From Alphaproteobacteria bacterium (GTDB lineage Bacteria; Pseudomonadota; Alphaproteobacteria; MPNO01), in contig OZ219866.1 in the NCBI GenBank assembly GCA_964291675.2, positions 3,584,001-3,648,000 of the forward strand: a stretch of DNA of 64,000 bases, read 5' to 3'. A program made the translations under genes and the position numbers. The notes beneath the pieces were generated by a model. That model searched no databases. It was given only the letters and a program-made list of their open reading frames with translations, and was not told the DNA's origin. Below, in pieces: positions 28,501 to 38,379 of this stretch (positions within the stretch are counted from its first letter, which is position 1; each line of letters begins with the position of its first letter).

Positions 28501-31237
28501 GGGTGAAGGCGGCGCTGCCCGAGGTCTGGCCGCCGGTCACCGTGATGTCGAAATCCGCGACCTCGGCGAAGTCGGTCTCCTCGATCGCCGTGCCGGAGCC
28601 GACCGAGACCCGGACCGTGGTGTCCTCCGACCGGGTGGCGCCGGTGAGCGTCGCGGTCACCGTGACCTGCCGCGCGCCGCCGCCCTCGCTCAGCGTGTCC
28701 GGCGACCAGGAGAGCGCGACCTGCGCCGTGTCGTCGTCCTGTATCGTCAGCGGCCCCTGGCCGGACGCGGTGCCGACCGCGAGATTGTCCGCCGTGCCGG
28801 AGACGGCGACGGTCTCGTCGGCCTCGTCCAGCGTGTCGTCGACCGGGGTGAGGGTGAAGCTGGCGTTGCCCGAGGTCTGGCCGCCGGTCACGGTGAGGTC
28901 GAAATCCGCGACGTCGTCGAAATCGGTCCCCTCGATCGCCGTGCCGGAGCCGACCGAGACCCGGACGGTGACGTCCTCCGTCTGCGTGGCGCCGACCAGC
29001 GTCCCGGTCACCGTGACCTGCCGCGCGCCGCCGTCCTCGTCCAGCGTGCTCGGCGTCCAGGAGAGCCTCAGCCCCAGCGTCGTGTCGTCGTCCTGAATGG
29101 TCAGCGGCCCCTGGCCGGACGCGGTGCCGACCGCGAGGCCTCCCGCCGCGCCGGAGATGGCGACCGTCTCGTCGCCCTCCTCGTGCGTGTCGTCGACCGG
29201 GGTGAGGGTGAAGCTGGCGCTGCCCGAGGCCTGGCCGCCGGTCACCGTGATGTCGAAATCCGCGACCTCGTTGAAGTCGGTCCCCTCGATCGCCGTGCCG
29301 GAGCCGACCGAGATCCGGACCGTGGTGTCCCCCGGCCGGGTGGCGCCGGTCAAGGTCGCGGTCACCGTGACCTGCCGCGCGCCGCCGTCCTCGTCCAGCG
29401 TGTCCGGCGTCCAGGAGAGCTCGACCCGCGCCGTGTCGTCGTCCTCGATGGTCAGCGCGGCCTGGCCGGACGCGGTGCCGACTTCGAGACCGCCGGCGTC
29501 GCCGGCGATGGCGACGGTCTCGTTGTCCTCGTCCAGCGTGTCGTCGACCGGGGTGAGGGTGAAGCTGGCGCTGCTCGAGGTCTGGCCGCTCGCCACCGTG
29601 ATGTCGAAATCCGCGACCTCGGCGAAGTCGGTCCCCTCGATCGCCGTGCCGGAGTCGACCGAGACCCGGACGGTGGTGTCCTCCGGCCGGGTGGCGCCGG
29701 TCAAGGTCGCGGTCACCGTGACCTGCCGCGCGCCGCCGCCCTCGTCCAGCGTGTCCGGCGTCCAGGAGAGCGCGACCCGCGCCGTGTCGTCGTCCGCGAT
29801 GGTCAGCGCAGCCTGACCGGACGCGGTGCCGACTTCGAGACCGCTGGCGGCGCCGGAGATGGCGACGGTCTCGTTGTCCTCGTCCAGCGTGTCGTCGACC
29901 GGGGTGAGGCTGAAGCTGGCGCTGCCCGAGGTCTGGCCGCCGGTCACCGTCAGGTTGAAATCCGCGACCTCGGCGAAGTCGGTCCCCTCGATCGCCGTGC
30001 CGGAGCCGACCGAGACCCGGACCGTGGTGTCCTCCGGCCGGGTGGCGCCGACCATCGTCCCGGTCACCGTGACCTGCCGCGCGCCGCCGTCCTCGTCCAG
30101 CGTGTCCGGCGACCAGGAGAGATCCACCCGGGGTATGTCGTCGTCCTGTATGGTGAGCGGGCCCTGGCCGCTGGCGGTCCGGACCTCGAGGTCGTCCTCC
30201 GCGCCGGTGATGGAGACCGTCTCGTCGTCCTCTTCCAGCGTGTCGTCGACCGGGGTGAGGGTGAAGCTGGCGCTGCCCGAGGTCTGGCCGGCGGTCACGT
30301 TCAGGTCGAAATCCGCGACCTCGTCGAAATCGGTCCCTGCGATCGCCGTGCCGGAGCCGACCGAGACCCGGATTGTGGTGTCGTGCGCCCGCGCGCCGTC
30401 GATCATGGTCGCGGTCACCGTGATCTGCCGCGCGCCGCCGCCCTCCTCCACCGCGCTCGGCGACCAGGAGAGCCTCACCCGGCTGGGGATGCAGAGCACA
30501 GCGGAGAGCCCGTAGAGATGCTTGGCGTTGTCGTTCTCGTAGAGGCTGCCTCCGGAGTAAATCCCCGAATTGTACCAGGGGCGTCCGATGGAGACGTGAC
30601 GTTGGCCCAGGGCCCGGCTCACGCCGTCCTGGACATTCTCGGTGCCGTTGGCCGTGCTCCCGGTCCAGACATGGACATTCTGCAGCTCGTAGACCAGGTC
30701 GCCGCGCTCGTTCCTGGCGATGAAGCTGTCCCAGCTTCCGTCGTAGAAGTCCTCATAGTCGTCGGCGATCCTGTGGCCGTTGAGCCAGTAGATCGGGACG
30801 CCCTTGTCTTCGTCCGTGTAGGTGGAGACCGTGTTGTCCCGCGCGTCGACCAGCGTGGTGCTCGCCACCGCGTTGAACTTCTTCCAGTAGCTGCGGATCG
30901 ACCTGTGTCCGAACCACTTCATGTCGAGCCTTACCCTCCCGTTGTACCACAATATGTCGGATCGCGTACCCGGCACGGTGGTTCTGGAGGTGATGAACAT
31001 CAGCCGGAAGCTGTCGCCCCTGCCGATCGCGGACGGTTTCAGCGGCCAATCGAGCGGGAACTCGATGCACGCCTGCGCGGGCGCGTGTCCGGCGGCGGCG
31101 AGAACGGCGGGCGCCAGCACCAGGAGCAGCGCCAGACGCCTGCCCCATGCCCGCCGACATCCACCGGGACGAACGCCGCCGCGCGTGGCGCCGTGTGAGA
31201 CTGCTGCGCCGCCGAACCCGAACCGAAGCCTCCCCAT
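25535..31237 (-). CDS. Giant autotransporter-like adhesin: N-terminal lectin-like domain, nine Calx-beta-like repeats, one Calx-beta domain, C-terminal beta-barrel
   Basis: Signal peptide ending AQA; nine acidic ~117-aa repeats; DYVAASGTLDFAAG Calx-beta; WIVRFGRMVGSQ linker; terminal aromatic residue (RLSW). Confidence 0.85.
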   Translation of the reverse strand: MGRLRFGFGGAAVSHGATRGGVRPGGCRRAWGRRLALLLVLAPAVLAAAGHAPAQACIEFPLDWPLKPSAIGRGDSFRLMFITSRTTVPGTRSDILWYNGRVRLDMKWFGHRSIRSYWKKFNAVASTTLVDARDNTVSTYTDEDKGVPIYWLNGHRIADDYEDFYDGSWDSFIARNERGDLVYELQNVHVWTGSTANGTENVQDGVSRALGQRHVSIGRPWYNSGIYSGGSLYENDNAKHLYGLSAVLCIPSRVRLSWSPSAVEEGGGARQITVTATMIDGARAHDTTIRVSVGSGTAIAGTDFDEVADFDLNVTAGQTSGSASFTLTPVDDTLEEDDETVSITGAEDDLEVRTASGQGPLTIQDDDIPRVDLSWSPDTLDEDGGARQVTVTGTMVGATRPEDTTVRVSVGSGTAIEGTDFAEVADFNLTVTGGQTSGSASFSLTPVDDTLDEDNETVAISGAASGLEVGTASGQAALTIADDDTARVALSWTPDTLDEGGGARQVTVTATLTGATRPEDTTVRVSVDSGTAIEGTDFAEVADFDITVASGQTSSSASFTLTPVDDTLDEDNETVAIAGDAGGLEVGTASGQAALTIEDDDTARVELSWTPDTLDEDGGARQVTVTATLTGATRPGDTTVRISVGSGTAIEGTDFNEVADFDITVTGGQASGSASFTLTPVDDTHEEGDETVAISGAAGGLAVGTASGQGPLTIQDDDTTLGLRLSWTPSTLDEDGGARQVTVTGTLVGATQTEDVTVRVSVGSGTAIEGTDFDDVADFDLTVTGGQTSGNASFTLTPVDDTLDEADETVAVSGTADNLAVGTASGQGPLTIQDDDTAQVALSWSPDTLSEGGGARQVTVTATLTGATRSEDTTVRVSVGSGTAIEETDFAEVADFDITVTGGQTSGSAAFTLTPVDDTLDEDNETVAIAGTADGLAVGTVSGQAALTIEDDDTAQVELSWSPDTLDEGGGAQQVTVTATLTGATLPEDVTVRVSVGSGTAIEGTDFAEVADFDITVTGGQASGSASVTLAPVDDTLEEGDETVAISGAAGGLPVGTASGQGPLTIQDDDTALGLRLSWSPSTLDEGGGAQQVTVTGTLVGATQTENVTVRVSVGSGTAIEGTDFAEVADFDLTVTAGQASGSASFTLTPVDDTLEEADETVAIAGTTDNLAVGTASGQGPLTIQDDDTTLGLRLSWSPDTLDEGGGAQRVTVTGTLVGAARSEDTTVRVSVGSGTAIEGTDFDEVADFDLTVTAGQASGSATFTLTPVDDTLVEDDETVSISGTSANLAVGTASGQGPLTIQDDDLVPELALSLAPNTPDEAAFSVADAETREAPGATLGFVVTLSQSRTVATTVEYATGDGSATAGEDYVAASGTLDFAAGVTSRVVQVPVLDDVQHEHRETMTFTLSNPSPGARIVDGVATGTIEDRDSLLRVWIVRFGRMVGSQIVEALADRFERSGSHVTMGGARVGGTPESSGPRAPEPDARLGRDEENEPRRSTGTATMREFLRGSSFHAASAGDPGDGAAFAAWGNVAVGDWIDERSDGVDLDSAAVTGLIGVDLAWSRTLAGVLVSLSKGEGTYSAKTDMVRPRGDLQGHLTGAYPYLRFRLGEGLSAWGTAGAARGEVSLRPEGMPAFRADLRMQMGAAGLEGAILEPSGPLGTEVTLKSDAMWMRIQSDATAHLRREEGEATQVRLSVESESAVRVAEGATLTPSVEMGLRYDGADARDGLGVEIGAGLRFAANRISASGRVETLALRGRSGYREWRAGGSFHVAPDDSGRGVSLTMTPSWGPAPGGLGRLRSARDAAALAADAGIRPEGRLDGEIGYGLPAFGSRFTATPRLGFGLSRTGRDYSIGWTLSPARPARMSFDLGLEATRRRAANDNRAAHGFMLRSRLSW
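27320..30480 (-). repeat. Intragenic tandem array of nine ~351-354 bp units
   Basis: Near-identical units encoding LSW.P.TLDE.GGA.QVTVT...LTIQDDD. Confidence 0.9.
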
Positions 31238-31425
31238 ATCGGCGTCTCCCCAACACCGTCAGATATCAGACATAACAATTTATGAATACTAAGACAACCA
31301 AAAGTAATCGCAGGCGAGCGTGCGCGAGGCGTCCACACAGGATTGTGAAGGATTCCCGGGACGCCGGCGGGTTGGGCCGGGTTCGGCCGGCTTCAGCGAA
31401 ACGCGCGGCCGAAGCGACCGGCGCT

Positions 31426-32343
31426 TCACCCCGCCGGGCGGCGCCGCAGCGTACCGGCGGGGACGGTTGCGAGGTAGATGCCGCCGAGCACCAGGAGGCC
31501 GCCCGCCGCGTGGTACCAGGCGATGGCCTCGCCGAGGAAGACGACGGCGAGCAGGGCGCTGAACACCGGGTACAGGTTGCCGAAATAGCCGGCGCTCGCG
31601 GAGCCGACGCGGATGACGCCGGCGTTGTAGAGGCTGAAGGCGATGACGCTCGCGAACAGCCCGAGATAGCCGACCATGAGCAGCGTGTCCCGGTCGAAGC
31701 GCATCGCGCCGCCGAGCGCGATCTCGACCGCGTAGATCGGTAGCAAAGCGAGCCAGCCGAGCCCCATCGAGGCCGTCACCAGGGCCATGATGTCCATCTC
31801 GGGCGGCTTGTAGCGCAGCATGAAGGTCTGCACCGCCCAGCACAGCACGGCGGCGAGGCACCAGAAATCGCCCGGGTTGAGCCGAAGCGTCCGCAGCACC
31901 GCGACATCGCCGTGGACGACGACCAGCGCCGCGCCGCCGATCGACAGGACGAGGCCGCCCACCTGCCGCCCGGTGATGCCGGTGCCGGCGTAGACCGCGC
32001 CGAGGACGAGGATCATCAGCGGCAGGAGGGCGGCGATCAGCGAGCCCTGGACGGCGGTCGTGCTCTGCAGCCCGACATAGAAGAAGGCGTTGAAGAAGGT
32101 CACCCCGGACAGGCCCAGACCGAGGCAATAGACCCGGTGGCGCCAGAGCAGCGCGCGCTGGCGCCACAGTGTGCGGGCGGTCAGCGGCGCGAGGATCGCG
32201 AAGGCCACCGTCCAGCGCCAGAAATTCACCCCGATCGGCGGCAGCTCGGCGGTCATCGCGTAGCGGCCGATCGTGGCGTTGCCGCCCCAGAACAGCATCG
32301 CGACCACGATAAAGGCGGCGCCGAGCAGCGCGTTCCGTTTCAT
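31426..32343 (-). CDS. DMT (EamA) family transporter
   Basis: MLFWGGN, FWRW, LNPGD, FLGEAI.WYH. Confidence 0.9.
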   Translation of the reverse strand: MKRNALLGAAFIVVAMLFWGGNATIGRYAMTAELPPIGVNFWRWTVAFAILAPLTARTLWRQRALLWRHRVYCLGLGLSGVTFFNAFFYVGLQSTTAVQGSLIAALLPLMILVLGAVYAGTGITGRQVGGLVLSIGGAALVVVHGDVAVLRTLRLNPGDFWCLAAVLCWAVQTFMLRYKPPEMDIMALVTASMGLGWLALLPIYAVEIALGGAMRFDRDTLLMVGYLGLFASVIAFSLYNAGVIRVGSASAGYFGNLYPVFSALLAVVFLGEAIAWYHAAGGLLVLGGIYLATVPAGTLRRRPAG

Positions 32344-32932
32344 GACGCAGCTTCGCGGCCCGGTTCCGCGCCTTCCGGTTCGTCAGGGGGTACAGGCCGG
32401 CCACCCGGTCCTGTCGTCGTGGCTTCTTCGAGCAATCTATCCGGGTTCCACAGCGGGTCCAATGCACGGCCCGCTCGCCCGTCTGCACGGCGCCCGCACC
32501 GTCAATGGGGAGCCGCGGGCGCTCCGCATCCGCGCCGCCGCGGTCCGTCCGGTCCGGTGCGACCTTCTATCGCAACGCCACGCGGCGAAGCGGGCAGGCC
32601 CGGCGCCGGCCGAGCGGCCTCCAGGCCATGGCGGGCAAGGGTTTAGGAGGAAATTTCGGCGCGGTCCGCCGGTCGCATCGCGATCTCCCCGAAGGCACGC
32701 CGCCCCGGCCGAACACAATAATTTGTTCGGAGGCCGATAACTATTCCTCATATACGGCGCCCGTTGTGACTCGACGCCTGAAACAGACTTTTCGTGGCTG
32801 TTCGTCGTCCGAACTCGCTGGCGGGTTCGCCTCGACGCAGCCTCGCAATCGTCCGTCCGGCAGGACGATCGCTCTTCGATCGACGGTCCGGACACCGCAG
32901 GCGGCGAGCCGTTTTTTGGAGGTAGTTGCATC

Positions 32933-35900
32933 ATGCGTGGGCTGAAGGGCCGAGTCTCAGGAGTTGCGAATCGTGCACCGGGGAACGCCGCTGCGCGGCG
33001 CCGGGGCGGCGGCGCGTTGCGGAAGTCGCCCACGGCGGCGGTTCTGCTGATTTCGGCGTCCATCGCGTGGGTCGCCCCGGCGGAGGCCCAGAACGCCGCT
33101 CCGGTCTTCGGCAGCGGCGCGGAGACGCGGAGCTTCAGGGAGACGCCCCCCGACAGACAGGAGACCCAGGCCCGCCCGGTGGGCGCGCCGGTGGTCGCGA
33201 CGGATGCGGATGGCCACGCGATTGCCTACAGCCTCGAGGGATCGCACGCGTCCGCGTTCGCGATCGACGGGACAACCGGTCAGATCAGCACCAGGACCGG
33301 CCGCTCCTACAGGATCACCGACAGCTCCAGATATTCGGTGACGGTCAAGGCGGCGGACGGCCAGGGCGGCGAGGCGACGGTACCGGTCACGATCCGCGTA
33401 ACCGAGCTGAAGCCACCGGAGGTCCGGGGCAGGCCCCGGGTGGGCGGCGCCGGCCGCAGCGCCCGCTGGGGCTATCGCGACACCGTCGAGGTGACGCTGA
33501 CCTTCAGCGAGGCGGTGGATGTGGACACGAGCGGCGGCAGGCCGACGATCGTCATCCGGCTCGGGGGCTTCACCAACCGGGTGCGCAGCGCCCGCTACCT
33601 GAGCGGCAGCGGGACGACGGAGCTGGTCTTCGGCTACACGCTCGCGCGGAGAGACCGCAGACACTCCACGATCTATGTGCAGCACAACAGCCTGGCGCTG
33701 AGCGGAGGGATCATCCGCAGCTCGGAGAGCGGATTGCCTGCCGTGCTGAGTCACCTGCACCGGACGGCGCGGGCCAGCTCGACGTCCGGCGCGGCAGCGA
33801 CGGCGAGCCTTCGGAACGTGCCGAGCAGCCATGACGGGGAGACGGCGTTCACCATGCGCGTCAATTTCAGCGGCGCGCCCGCGGGGCTCTCGCCGGCTAC
33901 GGACGCGGCCTCGGTGCTGGAGCTGACCGGGGGGAGCGTGACCAGCGCACGGCAGGCGCCCGGTGGCGGGAGCAATGCCTGGGAGGTGACGGTCACGCCG
34001 GACGGCGTCGCAGACGTGGCGATACGGCTCCCGGCGCGGCGCTGCGCGGAGCCGCACGCGGTCTGCATCGGCGGCCAGCGGCTCCGCGAGGCGGTCATGG
34101 CGAGCGTGCGGGGGCCGGCGATCACGGCGTCCTTCCCGTGGTCGAAATCCGAGCATAACGGTTCGAGGCGCTTCCGGGCTCATTTCGAGTTCAGCCACGA
34201 GCCGCGGAGTTTCAGCTTCGTCACGGTGCGCGACGCGCTGTTCGACGTCGAGGGCGGGCGAATCGTGAAGGCGCGCCGGCTCAGGCGCGGCCGCAGCCTG
34301 CGGTGGGAGGTAACCGTTGACCCGGCCGGGGTCGGCGACGTGACGTTGACGGCGCGCGCGACGACCGACTGCGCGGCGGCGCACGCCGTCTGCGACGCGC
34401 AGGGGCGGAAGTTCGGCGGCGGGACCAGCCTGACGATCCCCGGGCCGCCCAGCCTCTCGGTGGCGAACGCGACGGCGGCGGAGGCGGCGGGCGCGACCCT
34501 GGACTTCGTCGTGACGCTGAATCGGCAGCTTTCGCGGCGGGTATGGGTCAACTACTCGACGTCCAACGGCACCGCCCGGGCCGGGTCGGACTACACCGCG
34601 GTCTCGGGGAGGCTCGCCTTCCGGGCGTACGAGACCCGGAAGACGGTTTCGGTGCCGGTGCGGAACGACAGCCACAACGAATCTTCGGAGACCATGACCC
34701 TCACCCTCGCGAACCCGTACCCGTCGCGGGTGAGGCTGGCGGATGCGACCGCGACCGGGACGATCACCAACACCGATCCCATGCCCCAGGCGTGGATGGC
34801 GCGCTTCGGGCGGACGGTGGCGGACCAGGCGCTGGCCGCGGTGGAGGGGCGCATGCGGGCCGCCCGGCAGCCGGGCTCGGAGGTCAATCTCGCGGGCGAA
34901 CGGCTCGGAGCCGTTGCCGACGCGCCGTCCGGGGCCGCCGGCGATCCGGCGATCGGGTCGGGCCTGGAGCAAGGCTTCGGTGCGCCGACCGGGTCGAAGC
35001 AAACGATACGGACGATGGCCGGGCGCGAGCTGCTGCTCGGCTCGTCCTTCTCGCTGGCGGCGGAGAGCGCGGGCGAGGGCTCCGTGTCGCTCTGGGGCCG
35101 GGGCGCGGTGACGCGCTTCGACGGCCGCGAGGGCACGCTGACGCTCGAAGGCGAGGTGGCGAGCGCGCTTTTCGGGACCGACTGGTCGCGGGGGCGCTGG
35201 ACCACCGGGCTTCTGCTCTCGCACAGCCTGGGCGAGGGCGGCTACCGCGACGGCGCGGACGACGGCACGGTGTCGGCGACGGCGACCGGGATCTGGCCGT
35301 GGCTGCGTCATGCGCTGAGCGAGCGGCTGGAGGTCTGGGGCATGGCGGGCTTCGGCGGGGGCGGGCTGACGCTCAAGCCCGGCGGCAGTCCGGCGCTTCG
35401 GACCGACCACGACCTGTGGATGGCGGCGACGGGTCTGCGCGGAGCCCTGCACGAGGGCGGCAAGGACGGGCCGACGCTGACCGGGAAGACGGACGCCATG
35501 ATCGTGTCCAGCTCGACGGACGCGGTGTCCGGCGCGCGCGGCGGCAACCTGGCGGCGGCGGAGGCCGAGGTGACGCGGCTGCGTCTCGGGCTGGAGGGCG
35601 CGCTGCCGGTGGTGCTGGCGCCTGGCTCGGTTGTGACGCCGGACTTCGAGATCGGGATGCGTCATGACGGAGGCGACGCCGAGACCGGGTTCGGGGCGGA
35701 TATCGGCGCGGGGCTGACCGCGGTATATCCGCGGCGCGGCCTGTCGGCGGAGTTGCGCGGGCGCGGGCTGCTGACCCACGAAGCGCAGGGCTTCCGGGAG
35801 CGCAGCCTGTCGGGCTCGATTTCCTGGGACCCGGTATCGGGCGATCGGGGGCCGAAGCTGAGCCTGACGCAGACCTTCGGCGGTCCGTCCTCGGGCGGCG

Positions 35901-36223
35901 CCGAGGCGCTGCTCCGAGGCGCCACGCCGGCGGGTCTTGCCGGGAACGACGATGGCGACCTCGACAGAAGCCGGCTGGACGCGACGTTCGGCTACGGTTT
36001 GTCGGCGTTCGGCGGCCGCTTCACCTGGATACCGGAAGGCGGCATCGGTCTGTCGGACACCGGGCGGAGCTACAGCACGGGCTGGCGGCTGGTGAACGAC
36101 GGGCCGGGGGCGTCCGAAGGCGCCTCGTTCAGCCTGTCCTTCGAGGTCCGGCGGCGCGAGGACGCCGCCGACGATCCGCCGCGGGAGCACGAGGTCGACC
36201 TTCGGCTGACGGCCATTTACTGA
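32933..36223 (+). CDS. Autotransporter-like adhesin with cadherin-like and Calx-beta domains
   Basis: Signal peptide (AEAQ); NAAPVF..ATDADG..YSL..FAIDGTTGQI cadherin-like domain; GSDYTAVSGRLAF Calx-beta; WMARFGRTVADQ linker; terminal Y. Confidence 0.85.
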   Translation: MRGLKGRVSGVANRAPGNAAARRRGGGALRKSPTAAVLLISASIAWVAPAEAQNAAPVFGSGAETRSFRETPPDRQETQARPVGAPVVATDADGHAIAYSLEGSHASAFAIDGTTGQISTRTGRSYRITDSSRYSVTVKAADGQGGEATVPVTIRVTELKPPEVRGRPRVGGAGRSARWGYRDTVEVTLTFSEAVDVDTSGGRPTIVIRLGGFTNRVRSARYLSGSGTTELVFGYTLARRDRRHSTIYVQHNSLALSGGIIRSSESGLPAVLSHLHRTARASSTSGAAATASLRNVPSSHDGETAFTMRVNFSGAPAGLSPATDAASVLELTGGSVTSARQAPGGGSNAWEVTVTPDGVADVAIRLPARRCAEPHAVCIGGQRLREAVMASVRGPAITASFPWSKSEHNGSRRFRAHFEFSHEPRSFSFVTVRDALFDVEGGRIVKARRLRRGRSLRWEVTVDPAGVGDVTLTARATTDCAAAHAVCDAQGRKFGGGTSLTIPGPPSLSVANATAAEAAGATLDFVVTLNRQLSRRVWVNYSTSNGTARAGSDYTAVSGRLAFRAYETRKTVSVPVRNDSHNESSETMTLTLANPYPSRVRLADATATGTITNTDPMPQAWMARFGRTVADQALAAVEGRMRAARQPGSEVNLAGERLGAVADAPSGAAGDPAIGSGLEQGFGAPTGSKQTIRTMAGRELLLGSSFSLAAESAGEGSVSLWGRGAVTRFDGREGTLTLEGEVASALFGTDWSRGRWTTGLLLSHSLGEGGYRDGADDGTVSATATGIWPWLRHALSERLEVWGMAGFGGGGLTLKPGGSPALRTDHDLWMAATGLRGALHEGGKDGPTLTGKTDAMIVSSSTDAVSGARGGNLAAAEAEVTRLRLGLEGALPVVLAPGSVVTPDFEIGMRHDGGDAETGFGADIGAGLTAVYPRRGLSAELRGRGLLTHEAQGFRERSLSGSISWDPVSGDRGPKLSLTQTFGGPSSGGAEALLRGATPAGLAGNDDGDLDRSRLDATFGYGLSAFGGRFTWIPEGGIGLSDTGRSYSTGWRLVNDGPGASEGASFSLSFEVRRREDAADDPPREHEVDLRLTAIY

Positions 36224-36257
36224 GCGGCGGCGTGCCCCGGTCGCCGAGCCGGCGCGC

Positions 36258-37433
36258 CTACTGCGCGGCCGTGGCGGCGATCGGGGCCTCCCCGAGATGG
36301 CGGAGCCTGGGCATGACCTCTTTGGCGAACAGGGTCATGCTCTTCTCCGTCAGCTCGCCCGGCAGGGTGCCGAACTGGAGCATGCAGACGAGGTTGCCGT
36401 AGCCCATCTCGTCGAAGCGCCGGGCGAGGATCTCGCTCACCGTCTCCGGGCTGCCGCAGACGAACATGCCGTTGCCGGTCAGCGCCTCGTGGCTGAGGAA
36501 CTGCTCGCGCACCTTGAACTTGGTCTCCATGACGTATTTGTAGGACGCCATCGAGGAGTAGCCCGGCGGCAGCTTGTACTCCGCCGGCGAGTTGATGAAC
36601 TTGTTGAAGAACACCTCGATATGGTTCGCCGCCTCGCGGTTGGCGGCCTCGTCGGTCTCCGCGACGTAGATCGGCAGCGCCCAGCCGAGCTGGTCCGGGC
36701 TGCATTCGTAGCCGTAGGTCTCGCACTGGCGGGCATAGGCGTCGAGATTGCGCTTCACCGCCTCGGCCGGGTTGAAGGTGATCAGATAGGTGTATTTACG
36801 GTCCGGGTGGGCGGCCCATTCATAGGTCTCGCGCGAGCCCTGGGAGGGAATCCAGATCGGCGGGTGCGGCGTCTGGTAGGGCCGGGGCCAGATATTGACG
36901 TAGCGGTAGCGGTAGTGCCTGCCGTCGAAGGCGAAGGGGCCGGTCTCGCTCCACGCCCGGACGATCAGGTCGTGCGCCTCGTGGAAGCGGGCGTGGCTGA
37001 ACGAGGGGTTCGCCATCGAGGCGTGGTACTCGGTGCCCAGCCCGCGCACGAAGCCGGCGATGAAGCGCCCCTCCGCCAGATTGTCGAGCATCGCGAACTC
37101 TTCGGCGATGGAGAGCGGGTTGTCGGTGATCGGCAGCGCCCGGCCGAGCACGCAGATCTTCGCGTTCCTGACGCTGCGGGTGAGCGCGCCGGCCAGCAGG
37201 TTGGGCGCCGGCATCAGCCCGTAGGCGGTCTGGTGGTGCTCGTTGACGCACACCCCGTCGAAGCCGAGCCGGTCCGCGAGCTCCAATTCGTCGAGATAGC
37301 GGTGGTAGAGCGCCGATCCCTTCTTCGGGTCGTAGTAGCTGTTGGGGAGCGTCAGATAGGCGCCCGGATAGGTCTTGTCGTAGTCGAGGTCGAGATGCGC
37401 ATAGGGCATCAGGTGGAAGAAGAAGAACTTCAT
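36258..37433 (-). CDS. LLM class (luciferase-like) flavin-dependent oxidoreductase
   Basis: GFDGVCVNEHH, AEEFAMLD, PYQTPHPPIW; start at ATG 37433. Confidence 0.92.
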   Translation of the reverse strand: MKFFFFHLMPYAHLDLDYDKTYPGAYLTLPNSYYDPKKGSALYHRYLDELELADRLGFDGVCVNEHHQTAYGLMPAPNLLAGALTRSVRNAKICVLGRALPITDNPLSIAEEFAMLDNLAEGRFIAGFVRGLGTEYHASMANPSFSHARFHEAHDLIVRAWSETGPFAFDGRHYRYRYVNIWPRPYQTPHPPIWIPSQGSRETYEWAAHPDRKYTYLITFNPAEAVKRNLDAYARQCETYGYECSPDQLGWALPIYVAETDEAANREAANHIEVFFNKFINSPAEYKLPPGYSSMASYKYVMETKFKVREQFLSHEALTGNGMFVCGSPETVSEILARRFDEMGYGNLVCMLQFGTLPGELTEKSMTLFAKEVMPRLRHLGEAPIAATAAQ

Positions 37434-38212
37434 GCGGCTTGCTCCGCGATGGCGGCGACGGCGTCGAGAAACGCGTCGGTCTTTTCCTGGTGCGGCAGGT
37501 GGCCGCATTGCGGGACGATGCGGAGCTCCGAGCCCGGGATCGACGCCGCATAGGCCTCGCCATAGGCGGGCGGAAAAATCCTGTCCTCGGCGCCCCAGAC
37601 GATCATCGTCGGAATCCGGATGCGGTGCAGCCATTTCGGCAAATCCGGGTTGCAGAAGCGCGGGTTCCAGGCGAGCCGCGAGGTGGTGAAGTAGTTTTTT
37701 AGCGCGATGTCCGCCTCCTCCTCGCTCGGGTTCCGGGCGAGCCGGGCGTCCGCGAGCGACTGGTCGCAATAGACGTTGCGCACCCGGTCTTCGGGGCTCC
37801 ACAGGAAGAGGTCGCCCATCGGCACGCCGTCCACCGGGATGCCGGCCGCCCCCACCAGCGTGAGCGAGCGCATCGAACGGGTCGATCGCACCGCGATCTC
37901 GCAGGCGAGCCAGCCGCCGAGCGAATTGCCGACGACATGGACGTCATGGAGCCCCAGCGCCTCGAACGCATCGAGGTAGAAATAGGCGAGGTCCGACATG
38001 GAATCGAGCCACTCGGGCGTGTCCGACCGGCCGAAACCGGGATGGCTCGGCACCGTCACCGCGAAGCGCTCGGCGAGGCGGTCCATATAGGGCGCCCAGT
38101 CGCTCGCCCCGCCGGCGCCGTGCAGGAACACCAGCCCCGGACCCGACCCGCCGCGCAGCACCTCGATCGCGCAGCCGCCGACATCGACCGTTTCGCGCAC
38201 ATGATCGACCAT
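37430..38212 (-). CDS. Alpha/beta fold hydrolase
   Basis: FLHGAGG, PGFGRS, GNSLGG nucleophile elbow, WGAEDR, CGHLPH. Confidence 0.92.
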   Translation of the reverse strand: MVDHVRETVDVGGCAIEVLRGGSGPGLVFLHGAGGASDWAPYMDRLAERFAVTVPSHPGFGRSDTPEWLDSMSDLAYFYLDAFEALGLHDVHVVGNSLGGWLACEIAVRSTRSMRSLTLVGAAGIPVDGVPMGDLFLWSPEDRVRNVYCDQSLADARLARNPSEEEADIALKNYFTTSRLAWNPRFCNPDLPKWLHRIRIPTMIVWGAEDRIFPPAYGEAYAASIPGSELRIVPQCGHLPHQEKTDAFLDAVAAIAEQAA

Positions 38213-38346
38213 GCCCGGATTGTTGTGAGGCACCGCCGGCGCGTCAACGTCCCCCCGGCCGTGTCACGCCTCGCCGAAGAAAGACCGGCGACTCGACCGG
38301 CACGATCGTGGTGCACCGCCATCCGGGTTCGACTGCATTGCTATCG

Positions 38347-38364
38347 ATGCTTAATTTTAAGCAT
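38347..38364. promoter_or_regulatory. Putative autoregulatory operator of the RHH antitoxin
   Basis: Perfect palindrome ATGCTTAA-TT-TTAAGCAT just upstream of the RBS; type II TA operons are usually autorepressed. Confidence 0.55.
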
Positions 38365-38379
38365 TCGGAGGAACCCGAC

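Noticed and set aside
27320-30480. Long tandem repeats as a possible CRISPR or non-coding array
   Set aside because: The units are ~351 bp, in frame, protein-coding and have no unique spacers.
30500-31060. Lectin-like head as a diversity-generating retroelement target
   Set aside because: No reverse transcriptase or template/variable repeat pair in the window.
25568-31198. 1,876-aa plus-strand ORF and many other long Arg/Gly/Pro-rich ORFs across the window
   Set aside because: Antisense or alternate-frame shadows of real genes in high-GC DNA; no recognisable motifs.
31264-31292. dif-like site (CATAA...TTATG)
   Set aside because: The central spacer is 4 bp rather than 6 bp and the XerD arm matches poorly.
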